This document shows positions 1 to 8,699 of a stretch of 22,707 bases of DNA, piece after piece (position 1 is the first letter of the stretch; each line of letters begins with the position of its first letter). The translations under genes and the position numbers were made by a program. The stretch is from Candidatus Bathyarchaeia archaeon (GTDB lineage: Archaea > Thermoproteota > Bathyarchaeia > Bathyarchaeales > Bathycorpusculaceae): NCBI GenBank assembly GCA_049512935.1, contig JBEKWR010000028.1, forward strand, positions 1-22,707, given 5' to 3'. The notes beneath the pieces were generated by a model. The model saw only the letters and a list, made by a program, of their open reading frames with translations. It was not told where the DNA came from and made no database searches.

Positions 1-74
1 CAAAAAACATAAATTGCTTCGCAATTATCCTTATGGACTTAGTCGGGAGGTAGCTCAGCCTGGCAGAGCTCTCG

Positions 75-104
75 AACCAGCTAACATGCTTAGCGGGTGG
101 AGAC
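75..104 (+). other. tRNA intron 1 (30 nt, non-canonical position 30/31)
   Basis: BHB: central helix CTCT(69-72)/GGAG(99-102); bulges CG|A (73-75) and AC|G (103-105); inner helix ACC/GGT plus GCTAA/TTAGC; outer pairs AG(67-68)/CT(106-107). Confidence 0.85.
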
Positions 105-111
105 GCTGTAG

Positions 112-158
112 AGGTCTACCAACGGTGGGCTTCATTCAAGCCTGTGCAGGCCACAGAA
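112..158 (+). other. tRNA intron 2 (47 nt, canonical position 37/38)
   Basis: BHB: central helix CTGT(106-109)/ACAG(153-156); bulges AG|A and AA|A; inner helix GGTC/GGCC; the outer helix is the anticodon stem. Confidence 0.88.
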
Positions 159-314
159 ACCGAGCCGTCGCAGGTTCAAATCCTGCTCTCCCGACCATTT
201 TAAACTCCAGAAACGCGCTAATTTTGGGCAGTTTTTCGATGTTCAGGGGAAGCGTGCGGCGAAGCGGTAGAATTCTAAACAAAGAAGTCAAAAGCAAGAA
301 GCATGGCAATAGCT

Positions 315-2801
315 TTAGGTGATTTTTTCATCATGGGCGTGGCTAACTCCGTTAACCTGCTCCTCGGCATCATCCTTGCCTTGGTTGGGCTCGTCTGGTC
401 GCGACTCAAGCCCGTTTTCGGATTGCTCGAGCGGCTTTTCTACGCCTCGATGATTGGTTGGTTCCTCGTCATTGGAATCGAGCTGATTCGCCTTGCTCTC
501 TGAATTGTGATCGGGTTGCCAAAGCTGTTTTAGCTGCTCCTTGAAAACTGCTCGGCTGTCCTCGATAAGCGTTCGCTTGTCGCCTTCAAGGCTCGTCCTG
601 TCTATGCTGCCCTTAAGCTCTTCAACGTCAACTTTAAAGTTAGCTTCAGCCAAGCTCTGCAGTGTAGTGTCAAGCTCGGTGGTTTCTCTGCTACTGTCCT
701 TTTCACCCACGCATTTGGCAAGCAACAGGTCATTTAGCATGAAATAGCCTGACATCAGTGTCTTAATCGTCTGAATGCTCGGCTTGGCTTCTTGGGTGTC
801 CCCTTCAGGGTTTAAGCCGTTAAAGTACCCGTACACATCTTTCAAGATGTTAAACGCTTCTTTTGAGGCTTCTTTCGGCAGTTGCGTTTTCACTGAAGCG
901 GCGATTTTTGAGAAGTCCAGATTCAGAGGCGGCAGGGTTTGTCCCGTGAAGTTCATGTTTCCACTGAAACCGTTAGAGAGGGTTTCCAGCTGTTGCCAGT
1001 TTATCCGTTTTTCCTGCAGGCCGATGAGAATGTCGAATGACAAGTCAATGATGTTCATAGACGCGTTAATTGCCCCTAGCAGTTCGCTTCTTCTCAAGGC
1101 GGTTTTCTCGTTGGTTTCGACTGTTTTCTGTAGGTTCTGTTGACTTATACGTTGTTCTTCAAGTATTCCGTTAATCTGCGCAACCACTGCGCCGAACGGG
1201 TTGGTTTTTTCCTTGGTAAAGAACGTGTAAGTAACATCTTTCCATGTTACGCTTAATTTATTCTCAAGATTCTCAATGTGCGTTATCTCAGAAACGGGAA
1301 TTTCCTTAACATTAACCCACTGTTTTTTGCCGCGCCCTTTTGCAACAAAAAACTTTAACGTATTATCAACGATTTCAGCTTTGTCTACCTTAACAGCGAC
1401 GTTGACGGGTTGAATGACATTGGCGGGCTGAGGCTGTTCCTTCTTTACGCCCGTTTTGCGCGCGCGTCTACGCAACACAAATAGAATTACTATTAGAACC
1501 ACCGCTATTACGACGATGATAATCAATAGGTCAATTAGCCAAGGCGGTAGCAGTGTGCTCGCATTAACAGTTACCAATGTGGCAGTAGAATTCACTGCTG
1601 CACCCGTGCTGTCAGTTACCTGAAGCATGAAACTCCAACTACCTTTGGTCGTGGAACCCTTAGTCACAAAGTTGTAACTCGTAGAATCCGTACCCACCGT
1701 ATCATAGCTTCCCTTTGGTGCCTTCGCGAACCACTGATATGTGTAACTGCCAGAGCCTGTGGTTACTGCGGAAGAAGACAAAACTGCAGTCTTTCCCTGG
1801 GCAACCTTACCTGAAGTAGGCGTCAGCGTTGGTGGAACAAGAGCAGAATTTATTGTAACTGAAGCCGCGGTAGAATTCATTTTTGCATCCGTGCTGTCAG
1901 TCACTTGAAGTATGAAGTTCCAAGTGCCAGTGGCGTTGGAGACTGAAGTGGTAAAGTTGTAAGTTGCAGAATTTGTACCCACCGTAGCGTAGCTTCCGCT
2001 TGGAGCCTTCGCAAACCACTGATACGTGTAACTGCCTGAGCCTGCGGAAGAAGATAAAACTGACGTCTGGCCTTGGTCAACCGTAAGTGGAGCAGGCGTA
2101 ACCGTTGGGGCAACAAGGGCAGAATCCACAGTCACTGATGTGGAAGTGGAATTCACTGCTGAACCCGCGCTGTCATTCACCTGAAGTATGAAGCCCCAGT
2201 TGCCAGTAGCCGTAGAAGTCGAGGTTACAAAACTGTAGCTCGCCGAAGTCGCACTGCTAATCAACGAGTAAGAACCAGCACCAGAAGCCTTCGAAAACCA
2301 CTGATACGTGTAACCGCCAGAGCCTGTGGTCACTGTAGAAGAAGACAAAACCGAGGTCTGTCCCTGATCAACGGCAGCAGGAGTAGACGTCAGCGTTGGG
2401 GCGACAAGGGCAGAGTCCACCGTGACGGAAACGGCAGTAGAGTTCACTACTGTAGGCGTGCTGTCAGTCACCTGAAGTATGAAACTCCAAACGCCCGTAG
2501 TCGTAGAACCTGTGGTCGCAAAGCTGTAACTCGCAGAACTCGTACCTACCTTAGTGTAGCTTCCGCTTGGAGCCTTCGCAAACCACTGATACGTGTAAGT
2601 TGGAGTGCCCGACGTCACTGCAGTAGAGGTCAAACTGCTAGTCTGACCCTGATCCACAGTGCCAGGCGAAGCAGATACGGTGGGAGCAGTCAAAGTTGAA
2701 CCAAAAGCATACATGTGCCCGTTGTTTGAGCCAGTGCCAAATAAAACCAACGAACTAACCATTAAGGCTATTAAGACTATGCTTAAACGTGACTTATCCA
2801 T
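315..2801 (-). CDS. Type-I membrane protein: signal peptide, 4 Ig/PKD-like Ser/Thr-rich repeats, one TM helix, ~385-aa cytoplasmic region
   Basis: 828-aa ORF. Hydrophobic N-terminus; four repeats with QGxT...YTYQWF...W.F.LQV.DS...NST; TM WLIDLLIIIVVIAVVLIVILFVL (aa ~421-443) followed by RRRARK; then beta-rich, helical and acidic segments. Confidence 0.9.
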   Translation of the reverse strand: MDKSRLSIVLIALMVSSLVLFGTGSNNGHMYAFGSTLTAPTVSASPGTVDQGQTSSLTSTAVTSGTPTYTYQWFAKAPSGSYTKVGTSSASYSFATTGSTTTGVWSFILQVTDSTPTVVNSTAVSVTVDSALVAPTLTSTPAAVDQGQTSVLSSSTVTTGSGGYTYQWFSKASGAGSYSLISSATSASYSFVTSTSTATGNWGFILQVNDSAGSAVNSTSTSVTVDSALVAPTVTPAPLTVDQGQTSVLSSSAGSGSYTYQWFAKAPSGSYATVGTNSATYNFTTSVSNATGTWNFILQVTDSTDAKMNSTAASVTINSALVPPTLTPTSGKVAQGKTAVLSSSAVTTGSGSYTYQWFAKAPKGSYDTVGTDSTSYNFVTKGSTTKGSWSFMLQVTDSTGAAVNSTATLVTVNASTLLPPWLIDLLIIIVVIAVVLIVILFVLRRRARKTGVKKEQPQPANVIQPVNVAVKVDKAEIVDNTLKFFVAKGRGKKQWVNVKEIPVSEITHIENLENKLSVTWKDVTYTFFTKEKTNPFGAVVAQINGILEEQRISQQNLQKTVETNEKTALRRSELLGAINASMNIIDLSFDILIGLQEKRINWQQLETLSNGFSGNMNFTGQTLPPLNLDFSKIAASVKTQLPKEASKEAFNILKDVYGYFNGLNPEGDTQEAKPSIQTIKTLMSGYFMLNDLLLAKCVGEKDSSRETTELDTTLQSLAEANFKVDVEELKGSIDRTSLEGDKRTLIEDSRAVFKEQLKQLWQPDHNSESKANQLDSNDEEPTNHRGVEKPLEQSENGLESRPDEPNQGKDDAEEQVNGVSHAHDEKIT
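1557..2693 (-). repeat. Four intragenic tandem repeats of ~92-97 codons
   Basis: Protein repeats start at L(T/V)(A/P)PT. DNA motifs such as aaaccactgatacgtgtaa and gtgctgtcagt recur between copies. Repeat 3 lacks the VTT seen in repeats 2 and 4. Confidence 0.92.
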
Positions 2802-2957
2802 CCCCTCAGCTTCCTCTAAATCTTATTTTCGCTATCCGTTTTGTTCTTTTGCTTGCTTAGGCTATTCTACGCTATGCACATTTAAGACTTATTGCTTTCA
2901 CCCTCTCCCGACCAAATTCTCTTCAAACAAGAAACATGAAAAAATGGGCAAGAAGAA

Positions 2958-4055
2958 TTAGACTGCGATTTCTTCGGTTAAGCCTGCCTCAGGGTACAGG
3001 AACATGTGAGCCTTTTCAAGCGGGTAAGTAATCGTGACTTCTTCCCCGATTTCCACCCATTTCTCCGCCAGCGAAGGCCTGTTAATCACCAAGCGGTCTC
3101 CGTTTTCAAGCCTAATCTCGTAACGGATCACCGTTCCTTCAAAAGTGACTTTCTCTATTTTACCCACCAACCCGCTTTGAGAGGCGCGGTGTCCAATTTT
3201 CATTTCGCACGTTTCAGGTCTTATCGCTAGGACGATTCTTTCGCCTTCTTTTATGCCTGAGTTTTTGGCTTTGACTTTCAAGCCCTCACGCAGTTCAACT
3301 TCGCATTCCCCGTTTGACTCGTCAATGTAACCTTCCAAAAGGTTGGATTCGCCGATGAAGTGCGCCACAAAAAGGCTGTTCGGGTTCATGTAAAGCTCCT
3401 GCGGACTGCCAATCTGCACGATTTTGCCCTTCTTCATCACAGCTATCCTATCTGAAATCGACATGGCTTCAGCCTGATCGTGAGTAACGTGAATAGCGGT
3501 CAGTTTAAGATCCTTTGCCATGCGTCTAATTTCATAGCGAATTTCATTCCTCACCTTCGCATCCAACTGACCAAGGGGCTCGTCTAAAAGCAGGGTTTTG
3601 GCGCCAGCAGCTAACGCACGTGCAACGGCTACTCTCTGCATCATTCCGCCGCTTAGTTCACTGGGGTACGCGGTTAACCGCTCATTAAGCTTAACCAGCT
3701 CAAGGACTTCATGCCCGATTGTATCCGCCTCTTGAGCGTCATAGTTCTTTACTTTGGGTCCGTACAGGACGTTTCCCCACGCGGTCATGTGCGGAAACAG
3801 GGCGAAAGTTTGAAAAACGAAGCCGACGTCTCTGTCTTCAGGAGGAACTTTGTCGACGCGTTTGTCGCCGATGTAGATTTCACCGCTGTCAGGTTCAATG
3901 AGCCCCGCTATGAGCCGCAGCAGCGTGGTTTTTCCGCACCCGCTTGGCCCCAGCAGCGAGAAGTATTCTTGGTCGTGTATGGTTAGGCTTATGTTGTCTA
4001 ACGCGTAGATTTTCCCGTATTTTTTGGTCACGTTTACGATTCTGACATCAGGCAT
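2958..4055 (-). CDS. ABC importer ATP-binding subunit (PotA/CysA/FbpC/WtpC-like, C-terminal TOBE-like domain)
   Basis: Walker A GPSGCGKT, FQTFALFPHMT, signature LSGGMMQRVA, Walker B LLLDEP, VTHDQ; beta-rich C-terminal extension. Confidence 0.93.
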   Translation of the reverse strand: MPDVRIVNVTKKYGKIYALDNISLTIHDQEYFSLLGPSGCGKTTLLRLIAGLIEPDSGEIYIGDKRVDKVPPEDRDVGFVFQTFALFPHMTAWGNVLYGPKVKNYDAQEADTIGHEVLELVKLNERLTAYPSELSGGMMQRVAVARALAAGAKTLLLDEPLGQLDAKVRNEIRYEIRRMAKDLKLTAIHVTHDQAEAMSISDRIAVMKKGKIVQIGSPQELYMNPNSLFVAHFIGESNLLEGYIDESNGECEVELREGLKVKAKNSGIKEGERIVLAIRPETCEMKIGHRASQSGLVGKIEKVTFEGTVIRYEIRLENGDRLVINRPSLAEKWVEIGEEVTITYPLEKAHMFLYPEAGLTEEIAV

Positions 4056-4106
4056 GTGTTGTCTCTCCCTTCGGAAGTCGTTTTCTTGTTTTTAACAGTT
4101 ATCATC

Positions 4107-5840
4107 TTAAGTCTTCCCTTTTCTCGTTATAAGCCTCAAGACAAGCAGTATCATGAAGCTGAAAAGAATCAGGATGCCGCAGGCTAAACCAACTGTTAGT
4201 GAGTTGACACCTGGAATCGGCGAAGCCGTGCCCCTGAGCGCGTTAACCCAGTTCACAATAAGGACTGGCGCGGTAACAAGGTTTGTGCTAACAGCTAAGG
4301 TTGCGCCTGTTTCGCTTACGCTCCGTGCAAAAACGATTATGGCGCCTGAAAGAATCGAGTACTTTGTCAGCGGCAGCACGATTGAACGGAAAACAGTGAA
4401 GGGTTTAGCGCCTAACGTTTTGGCTGCCTCCTCCATGTCAACGCTTATCCGCTCCATAGCCGCTGACATCGAACGGACAAAGTACGGGTAAGTGATTGCC
4501 AAGTGAGCGAAAACCAGTAGGAGGAATGCGGGTATGCCTGGGACGCCTTGCCAGAAAAACTTCAGTGAAACCCCTAAGGCGATCGACGGAATTATTATTG
4601 GAATGTTTACTAATGTGTCGAGGATTGCCGAAGGCGTTTTGCCGAATGTTTTGCGGGCAATCAGTATAGCCATCGGTATGCCAAGGATGATGCCTAACAC
4701 CGTGACTATGCCCGCTAAGCTGTACGACAAAAGCAGGCTTTGCCAGAAGCTTGCCCAAATACCTGCGCCTGTTAAAGCCTGAATTACAGGGGTTCCTGAA
4801 GCTATTGCTTGTATAGCAGGCAAAGCTACGAAAAGCGAAGGAACCAAAACAATAACTAAGAAAACAAACAACGCGATGCCGTTGCGGGTCCAAGCCGTTT
4901 TCTTGTAGCTTAGCTTCTTTTCCATAACGGGCAAGCCGTGACCGAAAGGCAACTTAATTTTCGGGCTTAACACTTTTATCAGGGCAAAAATAGTTAACGA
5001 AACGGAAATGAGAATTATGCTTGTAAAGACTGTTGCGCCTTGATAGGTGGATTGAGGGATTAATCCATTTTTGAACTCGTTGCTTAATTTCTGCAGGAAG
5101 ACAGGGCCGTTGACGAAGGCTCCTGCCACAATGAAGGTGGCGCCCGTTTCTGAAAGTGACCTGGCGAACGCAAGCAAAAACGCCGCAATCAACGACGGCT
5201 TGATAATTGGGAACGTGACGGTTCTTGAGGCAGTTAATGGGGGAGCGCCGAGGGTTCTTGACGCACGCTCGTATTCCATCTTGTAATCAAGCATAGCGCC
5301 AACTATTACTCTAACCACAACTGGGAACGAAAACGTGAAATGCAAAAGCATTACAAGAAGCCAGCCAGTCGAGATGATTGATGCGCCGAAAAGCATTGAT
5401 ATTGGTCCGCCAGGTGAACTCCAGAACAGCAAAAGCGAGTAGCCTAAAGCGGCGGTTGGCACGATGAAGGGTATGTCGGCGAAAGTGTCTAGGATGCTTA
5501 TCCATCTTGACTTGCTACGGGAAATAAGCCAGGCGAGCGGGATACCTGCGACTAAGTCTAAGGCAGCGACGATCAATCCTATTATGAAAGAATTTCTTAT
5601 GGCAGTCCACGCTGTGTTCATTAAAGCTGGCTGGTTTATGACGTTTTGAACGGTTGGCGCCTTTATGAGGATGCCGAGAATTGGTGGAACAAGGATTATC
5701 GCGAAGAAAACAATTATTGCGGCGAGGTAGAGGGCGTACTTTAAGGGTTTTTTCGAGGACCAGTTGTTGAGTGTGTTCCAGAGTTTGCTAAGCACAGTCC
5801 AGCTCCCAGTTTTCGACGCCGAATTTTGCCTAAGGGGCAA
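4107..5840 (-). CDS. ABC importer permease with two fused TM domains (substrate uncertain: Mo/W, sulfate, thiamine or Fe class)
   Basis: About 12 hydrophobic segments; two EAA loops (EYERASRTLGA, MEEAAKTLGA), each followed by FARS.SETGAT. Start codon uncertain. Confidence 0.9.
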   Translation of the reverse strand: MPLRQNSASKTGSWTVLSKLWNTLNNWSSKKPLKYALYLAAIIVFFAIILVPPILGILIKAPTVQNVINQPALMNTAWTAIRNSFIIGLIVAALDLVAGIPLAWLISRSKSRWISILDTFADIPFIVPTAALGYSLLLFWSSPGGPISMLFGASIISTGWLLVMLLHFTFSFPVVVRVIVGAMLDYKMEYERASRTLGAPPLTASRTVTFPIIKPSLIAAFLLAFARSLSETGATFIVAGAFVNGPVFLQKLSNEFKNGLIPQSTYQGATVFTSIILISVSLTIFALIKVLSPKIKLPFGHGLPVMEKKLSYKKTAWTRNGIALFVFLVIVLVPSLFVALPAIQAIASGTPVIQALTGAGIWASFWQSLLLSYSLAGIVTVLGIILGIPMAILIARKTFGKTPSAILDTLVNIPIIIPSIALGVSLKFFWQGVPGIPAFLLLVFAHLAITYPYFVRSMSAAMERISVDMEEAAKTLGAKPFTVFRSIVLPLTKYSILSGAIIVFARSVSETGATLAVSTNLVTAPVLIVNWVNALRGTASPIPGVNSLTVGLACGILILFSFMILLVLRLITRKGKT

Positions 5841-6023
5841 GTTAATGCCTTATTCAGGTATATTAGCTGTTACTCTAAGCAACCGTTTTCTCCATACTTT
5901 CCCGCGAAAATATATAGTTTTAAAGTTGAGAGCAATACTCTATGGTGGCTCGGTTTTTATCTATGGAATAACTATAGAAGACTTTATCAGTTTTAAAAAC
6001 CAGATTTTAGTTGGTGAACTTTT

Positions 6024-6248
6024 TTGGAACAGAAACATAGAGTAATGAAAAAAAGCTTCGAGACTGAAATGTACGTTGACGGAAAAAAGTTGTCTCTTAA
6101 CAATTTTGTTCAGGAAACCATCGGCAACATAATGGCTGGTTTTTCAAAAACGCTGAAGTGGATGGAAAAGGAGCCTGAAACGATTGAAGTGAAAATCAAG
6201 CGGCTCCCGGCTCCAGCTGAAGTCGACGCCCACGTTTACCCGAAATGA
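6024..6248 (+). CDS. Small protein resembling the C-terminal domain of archaeal MobB-type proteins
   Basis: GGTGA SD at 6013-6017 before the TTG (alternative ATG at 6045). The pattern VDGKKLSLNNFVQETIGNIMAGFSKTLK...IEVKIKR recalls the MobB C-terminal extension (recognition from memory). Confidence 0.65.
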   Translation: MEQKHRVMKKSFETEMYVDGKKLSLNNFVQETIGNIMAGFSKTLKWMEKEPETIEVKIKRLPAPAEVDAHVYPK

Positions 6249-6254
6249 GCTTGT

Positions 6255-7028
6255 TTAGCTGACGACTTTCCTGAACTGGTATAGTGTTGCGCTCATTGTG
6301 ATGACTGCGACTAGCCCGATTACGCCCCACGCTGGAAGTATTGTGCTCCATTGATAACCGTTGATCATCAGTGCTCGAGTGGCGGTAACGCAGTAGCTTA
6401 CAGGGTTAAACATTGACACATCCCCTACCCATTTAGGCAGGAAACTAATTGGGAACAGCGCCGGACTCAAGAACAGCAGCGGAAAAGTAATGACTCCGCC
6501 TATCGCGAAAACCGTCTCGGAACTTCTTGTCTTCATACCTATCGCTAAAGAAATTCCTGACCACGCAAGCCCAAAGAATGCAAGCGTGAAGAAGATAAGC
6601 AAAATTCCGACAACTCCAGTGGTGACATGGGCGCCTAAAGCGTACGCTAACACAAGAATTATAGCTGTCTGAAGAACAACCCTAAAAGCATCACTGCTCA
6701 ACCTGCCCAGCAGAATCGCAGGGCGATTCACCGGTGTTACAAGCATTTTCTGCAAAAATCCCGAGTCGATGTCAGCAACTATCGAGTTTCCTGACTGTAA
6801 CGCGCTTCCAAACGCGTTCATCATCACAATTCCCGCGGTTGCAAACGATAGATAACTTACTCCAACTGGTAATATTCCCGGAAAACTTGAAAGCCTCCCT
6901 AGCAGCTGCGTAAATAGCAAAAGGAACAACAGGGGTTGGAAGAGGGAAAAGAAAAGCAGGATAGGAGTTCGAACGAGTTTCGTGAGGTATCTTATGAATA
7001 TGTATCGTGTATCAGAAAGCAGGGTCAT
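6255..7028 (-). CDS. ABC-2 type exporter permease (DrrB-like)
   Basis: Six TM segments, D.DSGFLQKMLVTPV.R, FPISFLPKW, NPVSY; directly downstream of the ATPase. Confidence 0.92.
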   Translation of the reverse strand: MTLLSDTRYIFIRYLTKLVRTPILLFFSLFQPLLFLLLFTQLLGRLSSFPGILPVGVSYLSFATAGIVMMNAFGSALQSGNSIVADIDSGFLQKMLVTPVNRPAILLGRLSSDAFRVVLQTAIILVLAYALGAHVTTGVVGILLIFFTLAFFGLAWSGISLAIGMKTRSSETVFAIGGVITFPLLFLSPALFPISFLPKWVGDVSMFNPVSYCVTATRALMINGYQWSTILPAWGVIGLVAVITMSATLYQFRKVVS

Positions 7029-7034
7029 TTTGGG

Positions 7035-8039
7035 TCATCTCCTTCCACCAAATCTTCCACCCATGGTGCTTGGCGCCTTGACGTAGTCTTCGGCTCTTAT
7101 TCTTCTGCCAGTGTGCTTCATGAAAACATCATCAAGCGATGGGGAGGAAAAAGTTACTGACGCAATCCGAATGCCGCTGCTATCTAATGCCCGTACGATG
7201 TCTGCTATTAGGAGTCCTGCGTTTTTGGCGTAAACCGTGAGGCATTCTTCTGAATCTATTATTTCGGTGACGTCTGTCATGGTTTTGATGAGTTCTTTTG
7301 CGTTAGGGCCGTCTTTTTGGCAGTTCTCAAGCGAAATTCTGATAGAGTCTGCTCCAATTTGACGTTTTAGTTCAATGGGAGAGCCGCTTGCAACTATTTT
7401 TCCAGCGTCAATTATTGAAAGTCTTTTGCACAGCTTGTCGGCTTCTTCCAGATACTGGGTTGTTAAGAAAATTGTTATGTCTTCTTCTTTGTTTAGTTTT
7501 TCCAGGTAACTCCAAATGGCTGCGCGCGATTGTGGGTCTAAACCTGTTGTTGGTTCATCTAGAAATAGGATTTTGGGTTTGTGGACAAGGGCGGTGGCTA
7601 GGTCGAGGCGTTTTTTCATGCCGCCGGAGTAGTTTCTGCCGCGTCTGTCGGCGGCTTCTTCAAGGCCCACTAGACTCAGAAGCTCGTTTACACGTTTTTT
7701 GATGTCATCTGTGTTCATCTGGTGGAAATGTCCTTGGAGCGTTATATTTTCCCTGCCGGTCAGGTCGCCGTCGACGGTTGTTTCTTGACTTTGAACACCG
7801 ATGATCTTGCGAATATCAGCTGCTTGCTTCACAACGTCATAACCTGCAACAGTAACGGTGCCAGATGTTTTTCTGAGCAACGTCGTTAAAATCTTGATTG
7901 TTGTGCTTTTCCCTGCGCCGTTGGGTCCTAGAAAACCGAAGAATTCTCCTTCCTGCACGCTGAAGGAAATATCATCAACGGCTTTTGTGCCGTCGGAATA
8001 GACTTCAACAAGATTCCTCACAGTAATAATGTCTGACAT
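7035..8039 (-). CDS. ABC exporter ATP-binding subunit (DrrA-like)
   Basis: GPNGAGKST, YSGGMKKRL, LFLDEPTTGLDP, TTQYLEEAD, C-terminal PSLDDVF; SD GGTGA at 8046-8050. Confidence 0.94.
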   Translation of the reverse strand: MSDIITVRNLVEVYSDGTKAVDDISFSVQEGEFFGFLGPNGAGKSTTIKILTTLLRKTSGTVTVAGYDVVKQAADIRKIIGVQSQETTVDGDLTGRENITLQGHFHQMNTDDIKKRVNELLSLVGLEEAADRRGRNYSGGMKKRLDLATALVHKPKILFLDEPTTGLDPQSRAAIWSYLEKLNKEEDITIFLTTQYLEEADKLCKRLSIIDAGKIVASGSPIELKRQIGADSIRISLENCQKDGPNAKELIKTMTDVTEIIDSEECLTVYAKNAGLLIADIVRALDSSGIRIASVTFSSPSLDDVFMKHTGRRIRAEDYVKAPSTMGGRFGGRR

Positions 8040-8070
8040 AAGCCTTCACCTATAGGTTTGCGTTTGATAA

Positions 8071-8090
8071 GATAAACGTTATGTGACTGT
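8071..8090 (-). promoter_or_regulatory. Putative promoter: ACAGTCACATAAC next to TATA-like TTTATC
   Basis: The same 13-mer occurs at 13771-13783 (+), also next to a TATA-like box. Confidence 0.45.
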
Positions 8091-8271
8091 TACCTTATAC
8101 CAACAGCGCGAAAGTCGCTCTGGATGCGCCTGTGAAAGCTTGCTGAACCATGAATCGTCTAAGAAACGAGGCAGAAGAAACCCAAAAAACTCACACTTTT
8201 GCCGAACCCTATGCTGCTTAGAACAGTCGTTTCAACGCGCGCGCTAAAGACGGATTTCCTGTTTAAAGTGT

Positions 8272-8640
8272 TTAAGTCGCCGAAATCAGCGGGATAGCTT
8301 GTATCCCGATTTTGCTGTCGGCTAACAAGTTTTTACAGATTAAGTTAAGTGAGCTTTCGGTGAAACTCAAAACATTTTTCCCCTCGTTAGTAAGCTTGTA
8401 CACTTTTCGCGGTCTTTCTGAATTCATGTTCCAGGCGCTTTGCACGTATCCTTTTTTCTCCAGCATCCCTAGTAGAGGATAGACGGTGCTGGGTCCGAAG
8501 TAGATGCCGTAGTTTTTGCGGATTTTTGTGATGATTTGGTACCCATGCATGGATTCTTTGCCTAAGTATTCAAGAATAATCATGTCTAAGAGTCCCTTGG
8601 TAAGTTTTGTTTGGGTCTCTTTTTGGTAATTATTGGTCAT
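8272..8640 (-). CDS. PadR-family transcriptional regulator
   Basis: LLDMIIL...MHGYQI...GPSTVYPLL..LEKKG...RPRKVYKLT.EG. Start moved to ATG 8640, which has an AGGAG SD upstream. Confidence 0.92.
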   Translation of the reverse strand: MTNNYQKETQTKLTKGLLDMIILEYLGKESMHGYQIITKIRKNYGIYFGPSTVYPLLGMLEKKGYVQSAWNMNSERPRKVYKLTNEGKNVLSFTESSLNLICKNLLADSKIGIQAIPLISAT

Positions 8641-8666
8641 TTTATGGATTTTCTCCTGTTGGTGTG

Positions 8667-8699
8667 TTGTACAGACGTACAATATGTCTTTTTAAGACA
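8667..8699. promoter_or_regulatory. Two adjacent inverted repeats upstream of padR (candidate autoregulatory operator)
   Basis: TTGTAC-N4-GTACAA (8667-8682) and TGTCTT-N3-AAGACA (8685-8699). Confidence 0.4.

Larger units (their letters stand above)
44..197 (+). tRNA. tRNA-Tyr(GUA), intron-containing (exons 44-74, 105-111, 159-197; CCA encoded)
   Basis: Acceptor CGGGAGG/TCTCCCG-A-CCA has the archaeal Tyr identity elements C1:G72 and A73. D stem GCTC/GAGC; T arm GCAGG-TTCAAAT-CCTGC. Joining the exons gives anticodon arm CTCGG-CTGTAGA-CCGAG and a 77-nt mature tRNA. Confidence 0.93.

Noticed and set aside
14-322. 102-aa plus-strand ORF
   Set aside because: It runs through the tRNA-Tyr gene and has no protein-like features.
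303-503. 66-aa hydrophobic two-TM-looking ORF
   Set aside because: It is antisense to the Glu/Asp/Asn/Gln-rich tail of the 828-aa gene, which yields hydrophobic codons on the opposite strand.
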